DNA of 64,000 nucleotides from Paraglomus brasilianum (GCA_910592345.1 CAJVPI010000014.1:1-64000), one strand, 5' to 3'. Counted from the first letter of the stretch, positions 14,956-28,574 are shown. Numbers and translations: made by a program. Notes: a model not told the origin generated them from the sequence alone.

Positions 14956-16317
14956 ATGTCGCCATCAATACGACGAGCAACTTGGATACTACTCTTTCTG
15001 ACGGCACTCGCTCTATACTTAGTATCTGTATCGTATTTAAGCCAGTCCATAATTCAGCAGCCTGAAGCAAGTAGCGAACTCACTGATGACGAAGACTTTT
15101 TTGATGATTACGACGAGAATGAGGACGAAGAGCGTTATCTCACTTATCTACCTCACAGCGGTTTCCATAACCAACGCATAGCACTTGAGAATGCGTTGTT
15201 CCTCGCCTGGGCGACAAACAGAACTCTCATAATGCCGCCTATTGTGCTTGGTAGCAGAATACCGTATCAGCCCTTTCCCCGTCTATTCTCACTTTTGTCT
15301 TCACTCAATCCAGAGAAAAAGCAAGCATTACCAGACTGCTCTAATTTAGTAGGCGCACACCTTGCATCCTGTTTGAAGACCTACAGGAAATTATTCTTTA
15401 CTTTCTTGCAATGGGACGAATTAATGGACTTGAGTGCAGCAAGGGGTAAAGTACGTATCATCAACAGATACGACTTTAATATAACACATCTTTATGAAAA
15501 GCTGGATTTCACCGAGGAAGATGTCTACGTGCTGGAAGACCAAGTTCTTTACAGTTTTCAGATTTGCGACAATCCTAATCCCAGTGTGCGTTCAGACAAA
15601 TTCAAAGATCGAGTCTCATTAACTAGTATAAAGAAGCGTCCGCAGAAGCTTTTGCACTTTTCTAGCCTATTCAGTTCATCTCGAATTCTAGCAGAACTGC
15701 CCGAGAACCGCGAAATCCTTGACTTGATACGACGAAACATGGTTATATCGCATCCAGTGTTGACCAAGGTGGTGGATAAGATAGTAGTAGAGTTGGGGGG
15801 TCAGGGCAGCTATGTCGGTGTTCACATTAGAGTCGGTGACGGATTTTTTAAGAAACAGTTGGCCAGTACCGTTGCGGCCATGACTGACAAACTGCTGCGT
15901 GAGTATGGGCCGGCGTCGTCATCGGCCGAGGGAGATGACTCTGTTCAGACGATATCTGAAAAGCAAGAATTTAAGGAAAACAGCAATTTGTCATCGTGTT
16001 TTTCACAAAATAGCAACTATCCGGTGCTTTACTTGGCCACTGATTCTGCTCAAGCCGAAGAAGACCTTGCAGGAATACTTTCAGCGTTTCCGTGCGTCTT
16101 CATGTTATCGGACTTTAACTCATATCTTGATGAGGTCAAGCAAGTGGTTAATCCAATCGACCATGTTAATTTGCAAGAATTTTTTGTTCCATTAATAGAT
16201 CTAATGGTGGTTGCTAAAGGAGGGAGGTTTATAGGAACTCATAGAAGCACGTTCTCTAATTATGCTAAACGTTTACATGAAGTGTGGGTGGGCGATGATG
16301 CGGATGGTTTTAGTTAA
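14956..16317 (+). CDS. GDP-fucose protein O-fucosyltransferase-like (CigA-like) type II membrane protein, intronless
   Basis: 453-aa ORF; N-terminal TM anchor; YLTYLPHSGFHNQRIALENA, YVGVHIRVGDGFF, LYLATD, FIGTHRSTFSNYA motifs of the O-FucT/GT-B family. Confidence 0.85.
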   Translation: MSPSIRRATWILLFLTALALYLVSVSYLSQSIIQQPEASSELTDDEDFFDDYDENEDEERYLTYLPHSGFHNQRIALENALFLAWATNRTLIMPPIVLGSRIPYQPFPRLFSLLSSLNPEKKQALPDCSNLVGAHLASCLKTYRKLFFTFLQWDELMDLSAARGKVRIINRYDFNITHLYEKLDFTEEDVYVLEDQVLYSFQICDNPNPSVRSDKFKDRVSLTSIKKRPQKLLHFSSLFSSSRILAELPENREILDLIRRNMVISHPVLTKVVDKIVVELGGQGSYVGVHIRVGDGFFKKQLASTVAAMTDKLLREYGPASSSAEGDDSVQTISEKQEFKENSNLSSCFSQNSNYPVLYLATDSAQAEEDLAGILSAFPCVFMLSDFNSYLDEVKQVVNPIDHVNLQEFFVPLIDLMVVAKGGRFIGTHRSTFSNYAKRLHEVWVGDDADGFS

Positions 16318-16733
16318 TATTTCAACTCAAAACTATTTTATCACGGACTATTTACTAATGTACAGTTGTACCAGAATGGGGGGGGGAATAAACACTTTTG
16401 TGTTTAATACATTTAGTATCTGGCGATAATAGCGGCAATGTTTTGCATTAATTTATTTAACTATCGCAAACTGCCGTGAATAAGGGCCTACCTTCATCAC
16501 ATAAGGAGATTCTTATTCATGAGACAATACGAAATTGTCTAGGAACAAGTGTCCACGATACCTTTGTTGGTCACATAATCGTATTTCGGCGCTTGTTCAT
16601 GAAGAAAAAAATTAATTTTTTTTCATGTGAGAGACCCTTATTCACGAGAGTTTACAATATTTATTCTCTTCATAACACTCGCTCAATTTTGCCGCATTAA
16701 TTCTGATGAGCTATACACCATGATTGACTAATA

Positions 16734-17542
16734 CATGAGGTGCTGAAAAGTTTTGCACGTACACCTTTATTTAATAATAATTATCGATACAGCTATTTTA
16801 TTCATTCAACGTACTCTCTTCATTAAACTCTGCACGGCGTTCTAGCCGATTCCCGACCTTATCTCCTTTAGTTCTTTTTTGATTCGAGAGAATGAGGAAA
16901 ATCACAAGGGACAAGGCCTGGATTGTATGGCGGGTGGGGAAGAAGTTTCACCCCGTTCGCTATGAAGATACTCTGTTACCTATCAATCCTTGCTCAACTC
17001 GAGTCCTGTGCAGAATATTCAAGTCGTGGTTCTTGTAGAGAGGTACAGCTCTCGGCCATGCAAGATGCAAGCATTGTGGTGAAGCATGACGTTACGAACA
17101 ATTGTTTTCCGGATCGTGCGAAATGTACGTATTTCTTTCACGAGAAATGCTCACTTTGTTGGCTAATTCTTTAGCAGAAATGTGCGAGTCATTGCTAATA
17201 TAATCCTCGATCTCGGCAATTTTTCGAGCGCCACTGCTTCGCAGAACGACTCTTGTCTTTGATTTTCTCTGAATGTAGCAATCCAGCATCTAATTGTGCT
17301 GATAAACAATGCTTGTTTCCTTCCACATTTGAGTCGCATTTCTGCCATTTTTCCAAGAAGCGAAAATAAAGTACGTTTGGTTCATTTTTCTCCAGTCGGT
17401 TTACAAAAAAAATGGGTTCTCGACAATGAGATAATGAATTCTTTTACTTGTTACATGAAAGTATGTGCATTTGATATTATTCCCATTTTTAATTAGACTC
17501 AAGTTAGAAGGCCACACGCAAAACTTTTCGGCACCCCCCACG
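16734..17542 (-). mobile_element. Mariner-type deletion derivative with TIRs and TA target duplication
   Basis: TA|CATGAGGTGCTGAAAAGTTTTGC ... GCAAAACTTTTCGGCACCCCCCACG|TA; internal minus-strand PHPPYNPGLVPCDF (mariner HPPYSPDLAPxDF) and N-terminal remnant. Confidence 0.85.
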
Positions 17543-17929
17543 TAATCCTTTATTTCGTCTTTGGAGCATATACTTTGCGCGTAGTAAAAATAATAATCTT
17601 ATTTACGCGTTGATCATGAACGAAGAAATTAACCATAAACATTTGATTTATTGTATTGTCAATTGTGTTAATAATGACTGGTTTAAAAAGTCTTTGAGTG
17701 ATACCCCTCCGCTAGTTTCGATAAGTCAAGACGTTGCCAAAAAGAAACCAGATGCATACATAATATCGAAGACATTGTTGGTATAACTCGCATTTTTAGA
17801 AAATGGTTTAGGCAGACAAGAAATGAATAATTTACTTGATCAATGGTAAATTTTATATTACAACAAAATCCCCCCTGCCAAATGATTCATGTCAGACGAT
17901 GTCAATTTATTCTTAAAACAACCCAAGTA

Positions 17930-18869
17930 CAGTGGTCATCATAAATATCCGGAATTTTGATCTGGTACAGAAAAAGTCACGTAGCATAACCAATTTTGAA
18001 CCAATACAAAATTGGTATTAAAGTATTATGCATCATAACCAAACGCGTTACCGCTAACTTGTTTGCAGTCTGTTTTCGCGTCTGTTAGTGAAAAAACGTC
18101 AACCGGTTCAAAGTTTGAAGCACAAAGAACAGTTGTAAGCCAGCTTTGGGCAAATAACATTCAGAAACCTGCTGAAATCATACGTTTAACAGGTTTTCCG
18201 AAATTCACACACAGTGTATGGTTTAGTCAATTGACTTAAAGAAAGGTCTATTGTTACGCCACTTCCCATACCTGGAAGACCTCCAACTCACAACGCCGTC
18301 ACCTTGGTCTAATAGTGCAGAACAACAATACCGCTACCGCACTTGTTTTGTTCACTGAAAACTCAATGCTAAAAGATATCAACAAATTCTTGAAACACCT
18401 TTTTTCTTACATTTCCAGAGCAAATCGTCAGTTTCGTTTTCAACAGGATGACTTCCCTATCCACAAGGCAAGGGCAATAACTGACCTGTTTGAGCGCCAT
18501 AGTATTTGATTAGCTCGCTTACTCGCAGGATATAAACCCAATTGAGAATTTGTGGGCAATACTTAAGGGAAAAGTTGAGAAAGAAGTAAATTTGCGGTTA
18601 ATGAAAAAAAAAAAGCTTTCAACAATTGACTTTCAAACAATAATTCGTCAGGAATGGGAGGGTCTGGATGATAATCTCTTCCTTAGGTTAGCGAATAGTA
18701 TGAAAAATCGTGTTTCAGAGGTAATCGAGTGGGAGGGGAAAAAGATGTATTTTGTACATAGTAGTAACTGTATTTGGTAACATATGTACGAAATTTAAGC
18801 ATACAAAAATAATGAAAATAAAATTTTTTGTTTGTGAGATTAAATTACGGATATTTATGACGACCACTG
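17930..18869 (+). mobile_element. Tc1-type deletion derivative with ~28-bp TIRs and TA target duplication
   Basis: TA|CAGTGGTCATCATAAATATCCGGAATTT ... AAATTACGGATATTTATGACGACCACTG|TA; internal FRFQQDDFPIHKA and YSQDINPIENLWAILKGKVEK. Confidence 0.9.
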
Positions 18870-20470
18870 TATTTTATGACTTTCAAGTCAAACCTTTGCT
18901 TCGCCGCAAACGAAAATAAAAAAGTATTTATTTCTTTAAGCGTGGCAAAACCTCTTTATTATTAAATTGAATCTTTGGAATTCAACGAAGAAGCTGACCT
19001 ATTCAACAAGACAGAAAATCTAAAGCATACTGCTCTATGGACTAGCAATATGTTTAGACAACATTAACTTCAGCAGTAAACTTATTAGCGGCGGGATACA
19101 ACTAACAAACTCTACGTCACTACAAATATGCACGCGCCTTATTGTAACAATTTACAATTCGACAGGTCGAGTTTTCTAACAACAATACTTCGTTGAGTTT
19201 GACCGCAAAATCTGAGCGAAAGATTACCACTTTTTAATATAAAGCCTTTGCCCTTTATCCAATGGATATGCTATCTATTTGATTATGCTATTACGTGAAA
19301 AGCCGGTGAGCTTTCTGCCTAAATATTTATCAAATCGTTGAATTCTCTGTATGACTTGACGTTATTACGTGTGACTCGTCAGGTGCCAAACGTCAGTTGG
19401 TTACGCATTTGTATTCAGTTTTGGCTACCTTGTATCACCTCTGCGGAGGCAATTCAAAAATTAATGAAAATTAGCTCGACCAAAAAGCTTTTCCGACAAA
19501 TATACCTACTGGGAAGAAATAATGCCAAATCTTCTAATTAGCGAAATACTGTTCTTTTCCGAACCTTCTTTTTGAAGCGTCCATCTCGATAATGAAGTCA
19601 GAATATAAAAAGTTAAACTATGAATGGTTTTCCATTGTTATCAGTAATCTCGTGTTTATCATTGTTAAGCATTTGTTCTATATAAAAGGCAATTTTCTGT
19701 AACGCATTTAGGAGTTCTTTTAACAAAAAGATGTTGTACAAAATAGACTTTTTGGGGGTGTGAGAATAACTTGTACCTAGAGCTACAATGTTAAACATTA
19801 ACATTAACCAACAAAGAAACGTTGATATCCCAGATACTTGATTCCAATAGGAAATTGGACGGTGTGCCTTAATAATGTCGGAAGAGTTTGGACATTCTCT
19901 GGGCTTTTTAGAAATAATACAATAGTAAGCTATTTCGCATTCCATGGATATAAATAAAATATAAGACAATAATTGTTTTGCATAATATAAATAGTGATTA
20001 ATGAAATGAGTAAAGTAATATGACAGTTGGAGCAGCTCCTGGTAAATAATAAAATAATACTACTCTAGACAACACAAATCTACATAATTCAAAGATTAGA
20101 CCAGTAATGTACAGTAACTGCACACGTGTATCATCATGACCTGACCAACGAGTGTTTGCTTTGAAATTTGCGGCTTAATATTATCGATTAATTGTTTGAT
20201 TTAGGGATTTGAGAGAGATGGATTAAAAAACTACGACATTTGTAATGCTCCATACTAACAAGTTATTTGATCTGATTTTCCTCTCACAATAATGAATTAT
20301 ATTGTTGCTTTCAAGATTATTATTCTCTAACATGCAAAAAAGACGATTGGTTTATTGATTTGATCGTGAGGGCTGGTACGACCGACTGATACGCTGTCCA
20401 TGTTAATCTTAATATTGAAATTGTTCCTTTTACTATTACTATTATCGTAGTAAGTATAACCCATTAAGAT

Positions 20471-20610
20471 TAATAATTGTGAGAGCTGATGCTGAAATCT
20501 CGCTGAAGCTGAAACTAACCAATGGTATTAGAGAATAAAATCTGATCAGCCAATGAAAGGTCATGGTTTCAGCTTCAGCCGTATTTCAGCATCAGCTGTG
20601 ACAATAATTA
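20471..20610. mobile_element. Palindromic MITE-like element, ~45-bp arms
   Basis: TAATAATTGTGAGAGCTGATGCTGAAATCTCGCTGAAGCTGAAAC vs GTTTCAGCTTCAGCCGTATTTCAGCATCAGCTGTGACAATAATTA. Confidence 0.7.
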
Positions 20611-20788
20611 AGGCTGATGATAAGCAAATCCTTATAACTTTACGTATATGCTATTGGTAAAGACAAATTCAGTAAGTTGAGAGCCTTCATGCTATTGACA
20701 TTCGCTATAACAAGTAGTATATAACCTCAGTGTCAACGTTTTTATTTAGCATCACTATTACATGGCTGGGGTTTTTAACAAACCAATA

Positions 20789-20943
20789 CAAGTGACTCTG
20801 GTTATAACGACAGCTGGATAAAACGACAATTCGACTTTCTTTTGAAAACCAAAGACTGTTTTTCATTCAAAAATTGGCTGGATAAGTTGCTGATAAACCG
20901 ACAACCACACTTTTTTCATTGTCGTTATAATCGGAGTCACTTG
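20789..20943. mobile_element. pogo/Tigger-like MITE
   Basis: TA|CAAGTGACTCTGGTTATAACGACA ... TGTCGTTATAATCGGAGTCACTTG, 24-bp TIRs. Confidence 0.75.
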
Positions 20944-21284
20944 AAACTTAGTCTTAGATGACCAAATTCTGACATTTTCATTTTCACTCCCTCATTAATA
21001 TTAATCGGACGTTAATCCTGCCAATTACATTGTTTTGCGTACACTTTTTGATACGTCATTCACGTTGTAGCCACATGATCATTAACAGACTTTATTGTTA
21101 TACTTATGAACTTCACGAACAACCAATCATTTACAATAACGAAGAAAATAAAATCTGAGCGAGAGCTTTTTTTGACCGTTAACTCGACTCCAACCCGTGC
21201 TTTGTCTCTCACACAACAACATATACAATCCAAAAGTAACACACTAACCAACACTTTATTAGTTGACAGAAACATACTATAACA

Positions 21285-23443
21285 ATGGCTACCAGCAATA
21301 CTATGAACTTTGGTCCCGAATGGTATGTACTTTACTTCCCGCGAAAAGAACTTTCAACTTCCTTTTTCGGCAACACTATCATAAACTTGCACACTTTTCC
21401 TTGCAATGTTATCCCATATGCCTTTTTAATTCAACATTCTAACAATAACGATCGGCCTCATAAGGATGAGACGCTTCCCAAAAAGCCCAACAAGCGAAAC
21501 AACTCGTTCTACCTCACCAACACAAGGTCCATCCTCTGTTGGTAACAATATGCAACCCGCGTCTTCCTCAGGTACAATCAACTCCAACCACATTGTCGTC
21601 AATAACGGCAATGGGGCAACTGCAAACACGTTTTCTTGGTCTTCGGTGGCTGCTGCTAATAACAGCACAGTCTCCAATCGTTCTCCTAACGATACCTATG
21701 AGAAGTCTGACACACCAGGCGGAAGCGAGTCGGCTCTCAATCCATTTAAATATTCCAAGGATTTCATGCTTAAACTGTACAAACCTGTTGGATTACCACT
21801 GGAATTTGAAAGGCATGACTATGTTACAAACGAAGAACCATTACCGCCTATGGCTTTATTGACACCAACAGAGCAGGAACAAAAGGTACATCTAAATAGC
21901 ACGATATCCGAGCGAGATTGGTTTTCTGAATTGCAGATTGTCTGGCATAGTATGTGCAGACTGAAATCTATCGAAATGCTCGTCTGTCATGTAATCTTGC
22001 TTGGCTCATTCATACAAAGCACAGCCTCTATTCCTCCAGTTACAGAAAAGTATATAGATGCTATGAAACGAGTATGCCTGAATACAGTATTTAAATATTA
22101 TACAACGACGCCTGAAACGTTTTTATATATGCAATAGTTAGGAAGCAGAAACGTTGAATCCGATAATGCGACAAAGTAACAATGCAAAAAAGTGGTCAGA
22201 TCAAATACATAGCTATTCTAATTTTTCCCCCCCTTCCATTTACTTCATGTTCAGCTATTATCTGGTACTTCAGTTAACAGTGAGGTTGTCCGTCGTATCG
22301 TTTCTAATGCGTCAGGGAATGTGACAACCGGGGGAGAACGTGCTGAGCGAGGGCCTTTCTCTCAAAAGGACAGAATTAGTGGCTTAACATCCCCAAGAAG
22401 TGAACGATTTGGTGGCATAATTGGGGGTGTATTAAGCAATCGACCAAGAAGTGGTTTGTGTCGCATGTTATGGTTCATAATATTCATTATAATAAACATT
22501 GCGATTATTATCGATACATTTGCTCAGTCTGTATGCGATTGATGGAACTTATTAGGGCGAGAAGGAAGTTTTTCGTCACCAAACATACGCCGAGATAGTG
22601 AAAAAGATGATGAAAGAGGTAGGCGAACTTGTACTATCTAGAAATAACATTCACGTCCACACAATGAGAATCTGAATAACGAACTCTTGTTAGACATTCG
22701 CGGTGGCCGTACACTAAGACTGGGCAGTACTTCTGCCAGTACAACACAATCCGGGGAAGACCCAATTTGGCATGGTGTAAGTCGTAGTGCAGTTGGCACT
22801 TTTGATAGCAACGGAGTATTTCGAATCCCCAGCAGCGGTGGAGAAATTGAAATTTCAGAAAAAGACGGGAGAGAGAACGAACTATTGGAGAGGAGCAACG
22901 GCGGGGGGGTAAGCATATGTGGTGAGTTGACTACCAAATTAATATATAAATGCTAAACATAACATACAATTACTCAACAGCACACAGATACCGATAAGAT
23001 AGCGGATTCGACGTCTGGTACCAGCAATAAGATATTAAGAGAAAGAAGCATGAGCACATCTCTAGAAGAGATACATAATGGATCAAAAGTATATGGTATA
23101 GGTAAATCTATCGTTGAGGAAGAATCGCAGACATCGACAATACCAACCATAACAGGAAAGAGTAATGAACAACGACAGGAAGTTCCTCAACAAGAACCCC
23201 CAATAGAACATTCGCTTGAAAGTATCGCCCAGAAGTCAATTGAATCTTCGGTGCGATATTTAGACTCACAAGAAAATCAATCTAAAACACAGACTCAGAA
23301 TAAGATAAAATTACAGCCGCCTGATTCCAATCAGTTGCAACAACAGCAACAACAACAGCAACAACAACAACAACAGCAACAGCAACTACAGCAACAGCAA
23401 CAACAGCAACAACAACAACAACAACAACAACAGCAACAACAGC

Positions 23444-23483
<40 letters not shown>

Positions 23484-24691
23484 GCTGCAACAATCACAGC
23501 AGCTGCTGCAACAACAGCAACTGCAACAACAACAGCAACAACAGCTGCAACAATCACAGCAGCTGCAGCAACAGCAGCCATTGCAGCAGAAAATACCGCA
23601 GCAAGGACAGCTTCCATCTCCAAATCAGATACGTTCACCCCCGTTTCAGGTTCAACAACAACCGCCGAACGTGATACTTCAACAGCAGCACCAACAGATG
23701 TTTTTACAGGAGCAGTTTCGGCATCATCAACATCAACAGCAGCAATTACTGATGCCCTCACATTCTTTGGCAACCACTGGTTTTGAGCCTGATCAGGACG
23801 ATGAAGTTCTGAAAGAAGTATTTTACCCCGCGATGTCTACAGCATCACCACCCTTGTCTCCAGGAGTGGCTAAAAAATATTCTGCTACTCAACCTCTGAT
23901 TGCTGCGAGTTCTGCCTTCGCCGAGGAAACTTCTTCGTCAAGTTTGTTTCTGAATGATCGCAAGTCGATATCTGACCAACAACGATGGTTGTATCGTGAT
24001 CCTAGCAATAAAATTCAAGGTATTTGCACTCATAGTTAAGTGGATCCGTTTGTATTAATAATTGTTTCTCTCATATAGTAAACTTTCGAACGTTTCTTAG
24101 GCCCATTTACGAGTCAGGACATGAACGAGTGGTATAAGCAAGGATTTTTTACGCCAGGCTTATTAGTAAAGAGGGTAGAAGATCCGTCGTTCGAACCGTT
24201 AGGCGTATTAATACGTAGAACGGGAAATGAGGATAAACCTTTTTCAGCAAGTGCACGTCCTCCTTTGACTATAAATATGCCTAACAATGCGGGAAGAATG
24301 TTGACTGGACCTTTCCCAAGAAATTGGGGAAACGTTCCAAGTTCACCTGGCACTGCCCACGTCTTTGTGGACCACCAACAGAGATTTAATCCCTTTGGCG
24401 GAACCGCTTCAGTCCCAAATACACCTTTTGATAGGTATCAGTTTGGTGGCGTATTTGGGAGTGGAATAACAGAAGTTTCTAGTGGGTGGGGAGATTTGAA
24501 TACGACGAACGCTGGCTGGGTTCCAGAGGTGTTTAACAGTAGCGCGGGGAACTTGTCTCCGAGATTACATTCAAACAATTCTGCTCTCTTCAGCAACACA
24601 AACAGTTTTGGTGTATCGCCGACACATAACTTTCTTGATCAGCGTACTTTTAATTCTCAACTGGATCGACAACAGTACCTTTCACTATTGC

Positions 24692-24723
<32 letters not shown>

Positions 24724-26978
24724 AGACAATTGCAACAGCAGCCGACACAGCAACAATCGCAGCCACCATTACAACCACCGCAGCCAACTCCACAAGTTGT
24801 GCAACAGTCTCAAACTCAACAATCACACCAGACCCCACTACATAATCCACCTTTGTATGCTGATAATTTCTTCCGCCATCAGGGTTTTGTATCAGGGACG
24901 GTGACATCTCCGGTAACCGGACCCAGTTCGCATTTTGCAGAGACAATCCCCAGAACCACAGGATGGCAACCGGCGAACGAGCAGCCAGCCCCTTCGTCAT
25001 GGGGACCGTTAAGCGCGGGTTTGTCACTTACGCTTACCAATAAACCACCAAGTGAAGATGCAGAATATTTTAACACCAACAAAGGAACACAGCAATTATC
25101 ACAGTCTCCTCCGACTTTAATAGATCAACAGAACACTATTGACAACGAATTGCAGGCAGCCAATACTTCTATAAAGAATGCAGATGTTTCTGTAGTCGAT
25201 GAAGCAGTTGAAGCAGTTTCAAAAATTAATCTGGATAATGACGTTGAAGTAGGATCGACGTTAGAATATGCTAAAACGTCCGACGAGATAACTGCCAAAC
25301 CTTACAACAAGGAAGGGACTTCAACGCATCCTACTCAGAAAGACGATGCGAACAGATCGAAACCTTCTTTACGGGAGATTCAGGCGGAGGAAGAACGGAA
25401 GAAGCAGCAGGAAGAAAAGGATCGAGCCAGTGCTCAACATTCGATTCTTTCCAATCCACCTGGCAAACCGATGAGTCCGCAAAAATCCACAAATATTGTG
25501 TGGAATACTAGTAATATTAATAATAATAATGTAATTAATGTTGGTTCGACGGCTCCCTGGGCGAGAGATGACGATCATCCGTCACAGAAGACACCCTCAC
25601 TTCGTGAAATTCAAGAAGCAGAGGCGCGTAAGGCAGCTGAACGCAAAGCAGCTGAGCGACAAACAGTCAATGCAGTCAACGCAGCAGCTTCTAGTCGAGA
25701 GAACGCGACGCTGTCATCAACATCATGGGGATTGATTATGTCAAATACGGCAATGGCAACCAACTCTGTTTCATCATCATCCAATTCACCTATTGTTTCG
25801 ACACAAGCGTGGCAGAGTGCAGCTGCACCCAAGAAAACGTTACGTGAAATTCAAAAAGAAGAAGAAGAGGCCGTTAAGAGGAGGAATAAAATGCGTGAAA
25901 TACAGCAACAAGCTATGCTTAACGTAGCAGCAAGTTCACCTACTTCAAGTGGTGTTGGAAAACGCTATGCTGATACTTTGGTTACTGGACCTAACGCTGT
26001 GAATGCAAAAGCTGTAAGTTTGCTTATCTTAGAATATTCAACATACTCTGTTGAACTTGTGCTTTGACACCTTCTTGCTTATACGTTAGGAATAACGATA
26101 ATATATATTCCTCTTAGAAAACGACAACCATCCCTACTGGGACGGCCTGGACGACAGTCGCTGGTAAGCCAGCAACACGTATGGTTATGTCTTCTGCGAC
26201 TTCAGCTGGTGGGAATGGGGGTGGTACTGTCATGAAGCCCGCTGCTTCTAAAGATTTGCCTCTTGCGTGGGATGAAGGCCAGAAAGGATCTAACGGTCTT
26301 CAGAACGCGTACAGGTTACTAGATTATAGTAGATTTAATCTCTGCAAACACGAACATCTGTCGCGATTTTTTTAACATTCTCGTTATACTATTTTAGACA
26401 ACTTCCAACAAAGTCCACTGACCAAACGAAAGGCATTACTAGATCTATGTCGTTGAACGCCACCACTTCCGGATCTAAGCAAACAAATAACTCGAGCTTG
26501 ACAAATTCAGACCAATCATCCCCTCGTCCGCCCTCTGAAGACTTTATGAAATGGTGTCGGCAAGCTTTACGCGGACTAACGAATATAAATAGTACGTTGC
26601 ATGGTGTATAATGTATTAAAAGAGTTAACAATATCGTTCTGACTAACCTTCTATTGTATAAAAATAGGTGACGAGTTTATTCAAATGCTTCTCACTTTCC
26701 CTCTTGACCCTCCTCCGCCAACAATAGAAATTATTCAGGATTCTATTTATACATATTCCCCAACATTGGATGGTCGTCGCTTTGCCGATGAGTTTGTAAA
26801 GAGACGGAAGGCAGATGCAAGCGGAATACCCATGAGTAGCTTTTCTATACACCATGCGGACGGTAAAACTGGCAAGGATGTAGGAACTGGTATTACGGGT
26901 ACAAAAGATGATAATTCTGGCACAGGCGCTGGCGCATTTAAAGTCGTAACGACTAAAAAGAACAAGAAGAGGCATTGA
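21285..26978 (+). CDS. GYF-domain protein (Smy2/GIGYF/Mpd2-like) with polyQ tracts, ~10 exons
   Basis: MNFGPEW/MR N-terminus; FKYSKDFMLKLY 4E-binding-like motif; GYF domain WLYRDPSNKIQ/GPFTSQDMNEWYKQGFF; three (S/T)LREIQ motifs; C-terminal DFMKWCRQAL..FIQMLLTFP..LDGRRFADEFVKRR..FKVVTTKKNKK. Confidence 0.9.
23332..23590 (+). repeat. CAA/CAG trinucleotide repeat encoding polyglutamine
   Basis: Directly visible; longest uninterrupted run ~32 Gln (23389-23484). Confidence 0.95.
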
Positions 26979-27266
26979 TTTGAGACATACGGATAAACAA
27001 ACATAATGGACAATTAGATTCATCTTATTTATTCCGTAGCTTTTAGCCAGGTAGAAAGTGAGAAAGTAGCACGTCAAAGAAATAAATAATATTCTTGTTC
27101 GTGTATCATATAGGCGCGCTAATTAACTAAGCAAGTTCATGTGTTGCTAAAAGATGTGAGATGGAAGCTTGTTGTATTATGAACTTTATGAGGACAGAAG
27201 CATTTGCATATACTATATATAGATTTATAATGTTGGGAGAGATCGAATGCGAACAAGGGAAGATGA

Positions 27267-28574
27267 TTATGGTATCTCTTGGCGATCAACTAATAGTTCG
27301 ACGACTTCTTGCATTAGATCCAGGAACTGACTAAAGCTTTTTAGATCTGCATCATCTCGCTTCAAAACGATCACTCCGACGATGATAAGGGCAAACACGG
27401 ACCTGCATATAGGAATCGAATCGAAAAATTAAGGTACAGGTGGATCATCTATTGTATGCATAAACGACAAGACTTAGCTTATTACCGACCAATAGAAGGA
27501 ATATCCAGCAACTGATGGACCTATCAGGGCAGCGACACTCACGAAAGAATTGCCGTTGCGGCCAAACCGGCCATTTGCAAACTTCAACATAAGAGGGTGT
27601 TTCTCAAGACGTTCTTTCATTTCCCTAATAGCATCGCCTTCCTATATTGGGCAATGGAATCAAAATCATCTGCGATAAGTCCATACGTCAAACAATAATA
27701 CGACGCATGGTGTTCCAACCTTCATGCAGTCCAGTATCGATTCGATTGCCTTATTACCATCCTTGACTATTGATGTGTTGATTTGTGTTGAATATTTTAT
27801 TAACACAAGTTGTAAAGATTTAGTCGATTTGAGACAGGAAATAGCGGATTCGAATGACCATGATCCGTAGGAAATAGCCATCATTAATGGTGAAACGATA
27901 CTCTGTAGTACATGAATGACAAATTTGCGGGCCTGTAAGAAGTCGAAAAGAGTAGACTCTGGTGCTAGTGAATCTCCGTCCACCAGAGTCCACTGTTGTG
28001 GGTTACGTCTGATATGGATAATGTCGTCATCAGAAAGATATTCAGCAGCCAGATCTTCCTCAAGGTCCTCCAAAATTTCCCTTGTGTTATGATCAGTCGC
28101 GCCAAAGATGCTCGACTCCATAGCTGCAATCTCTTCTTCAAACCCTTGCTCGTTCGCGTACATATCGCCTATATCCAGCTTAGCTTCTTTGAGGTGTTGT
28201 ACAAATTCCGTTTCGAGTTCAAACAAAGACTCTTTGTTAGCCATTAGTTCATGGAATAACGCTTGAATTGTTTGTATGTCGCAATACATTTGGTATAATT
28301 CTTCGCATGGGAAATCTTCCCTTCCCAGCTCTTCTGCGCCAAGACGTCCTGAATCATATAAAGCCCTAGTTTCTGGTTTGCTAAGGATATTGTACGCCTC
28401 GTTTATAAGTAGAAACTGGTTGTTGGCTTTTGTTCTGTCGATATTATTAGCGATGCTTCTATTCTTGTCTGGATGGTATTTTAGAGCCAACTTTCTATAT
28501 GCCTTTTTGATTTCATTTGTCGAAGCTGTCGGCGCCACTCCCAAAACTTCGTAGAAAGACACTTGTGGTTGCAT
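27267..28574 (-). CDS. J-domain (DnaJ class C) protein with acidic middle and C-terminal hydrophobic segments, 3 exons
   Basis: [41 protein letters not shown]; spliced C-terminus ..[35 protein letters not shown]. Alternative in-frame ATG at 28613. Confidence 0.8.

Noticed and set aside
19613..19969. Isolated 100-140 aa ORFs (also 31673-32104, 33128-33472, 37743-38072, 39569-39901, 59014-59418)
   Set aside because: No recognisable motif or coherent exon chain; may be decayed genes or TEs but unsupported.
23282..23773. Antisense poly-Val ORF, plus similar ORFs at 24650-25027 and 53261-53734
   Set aside because: Shadows of trinucleotide repeats on the coding strand.
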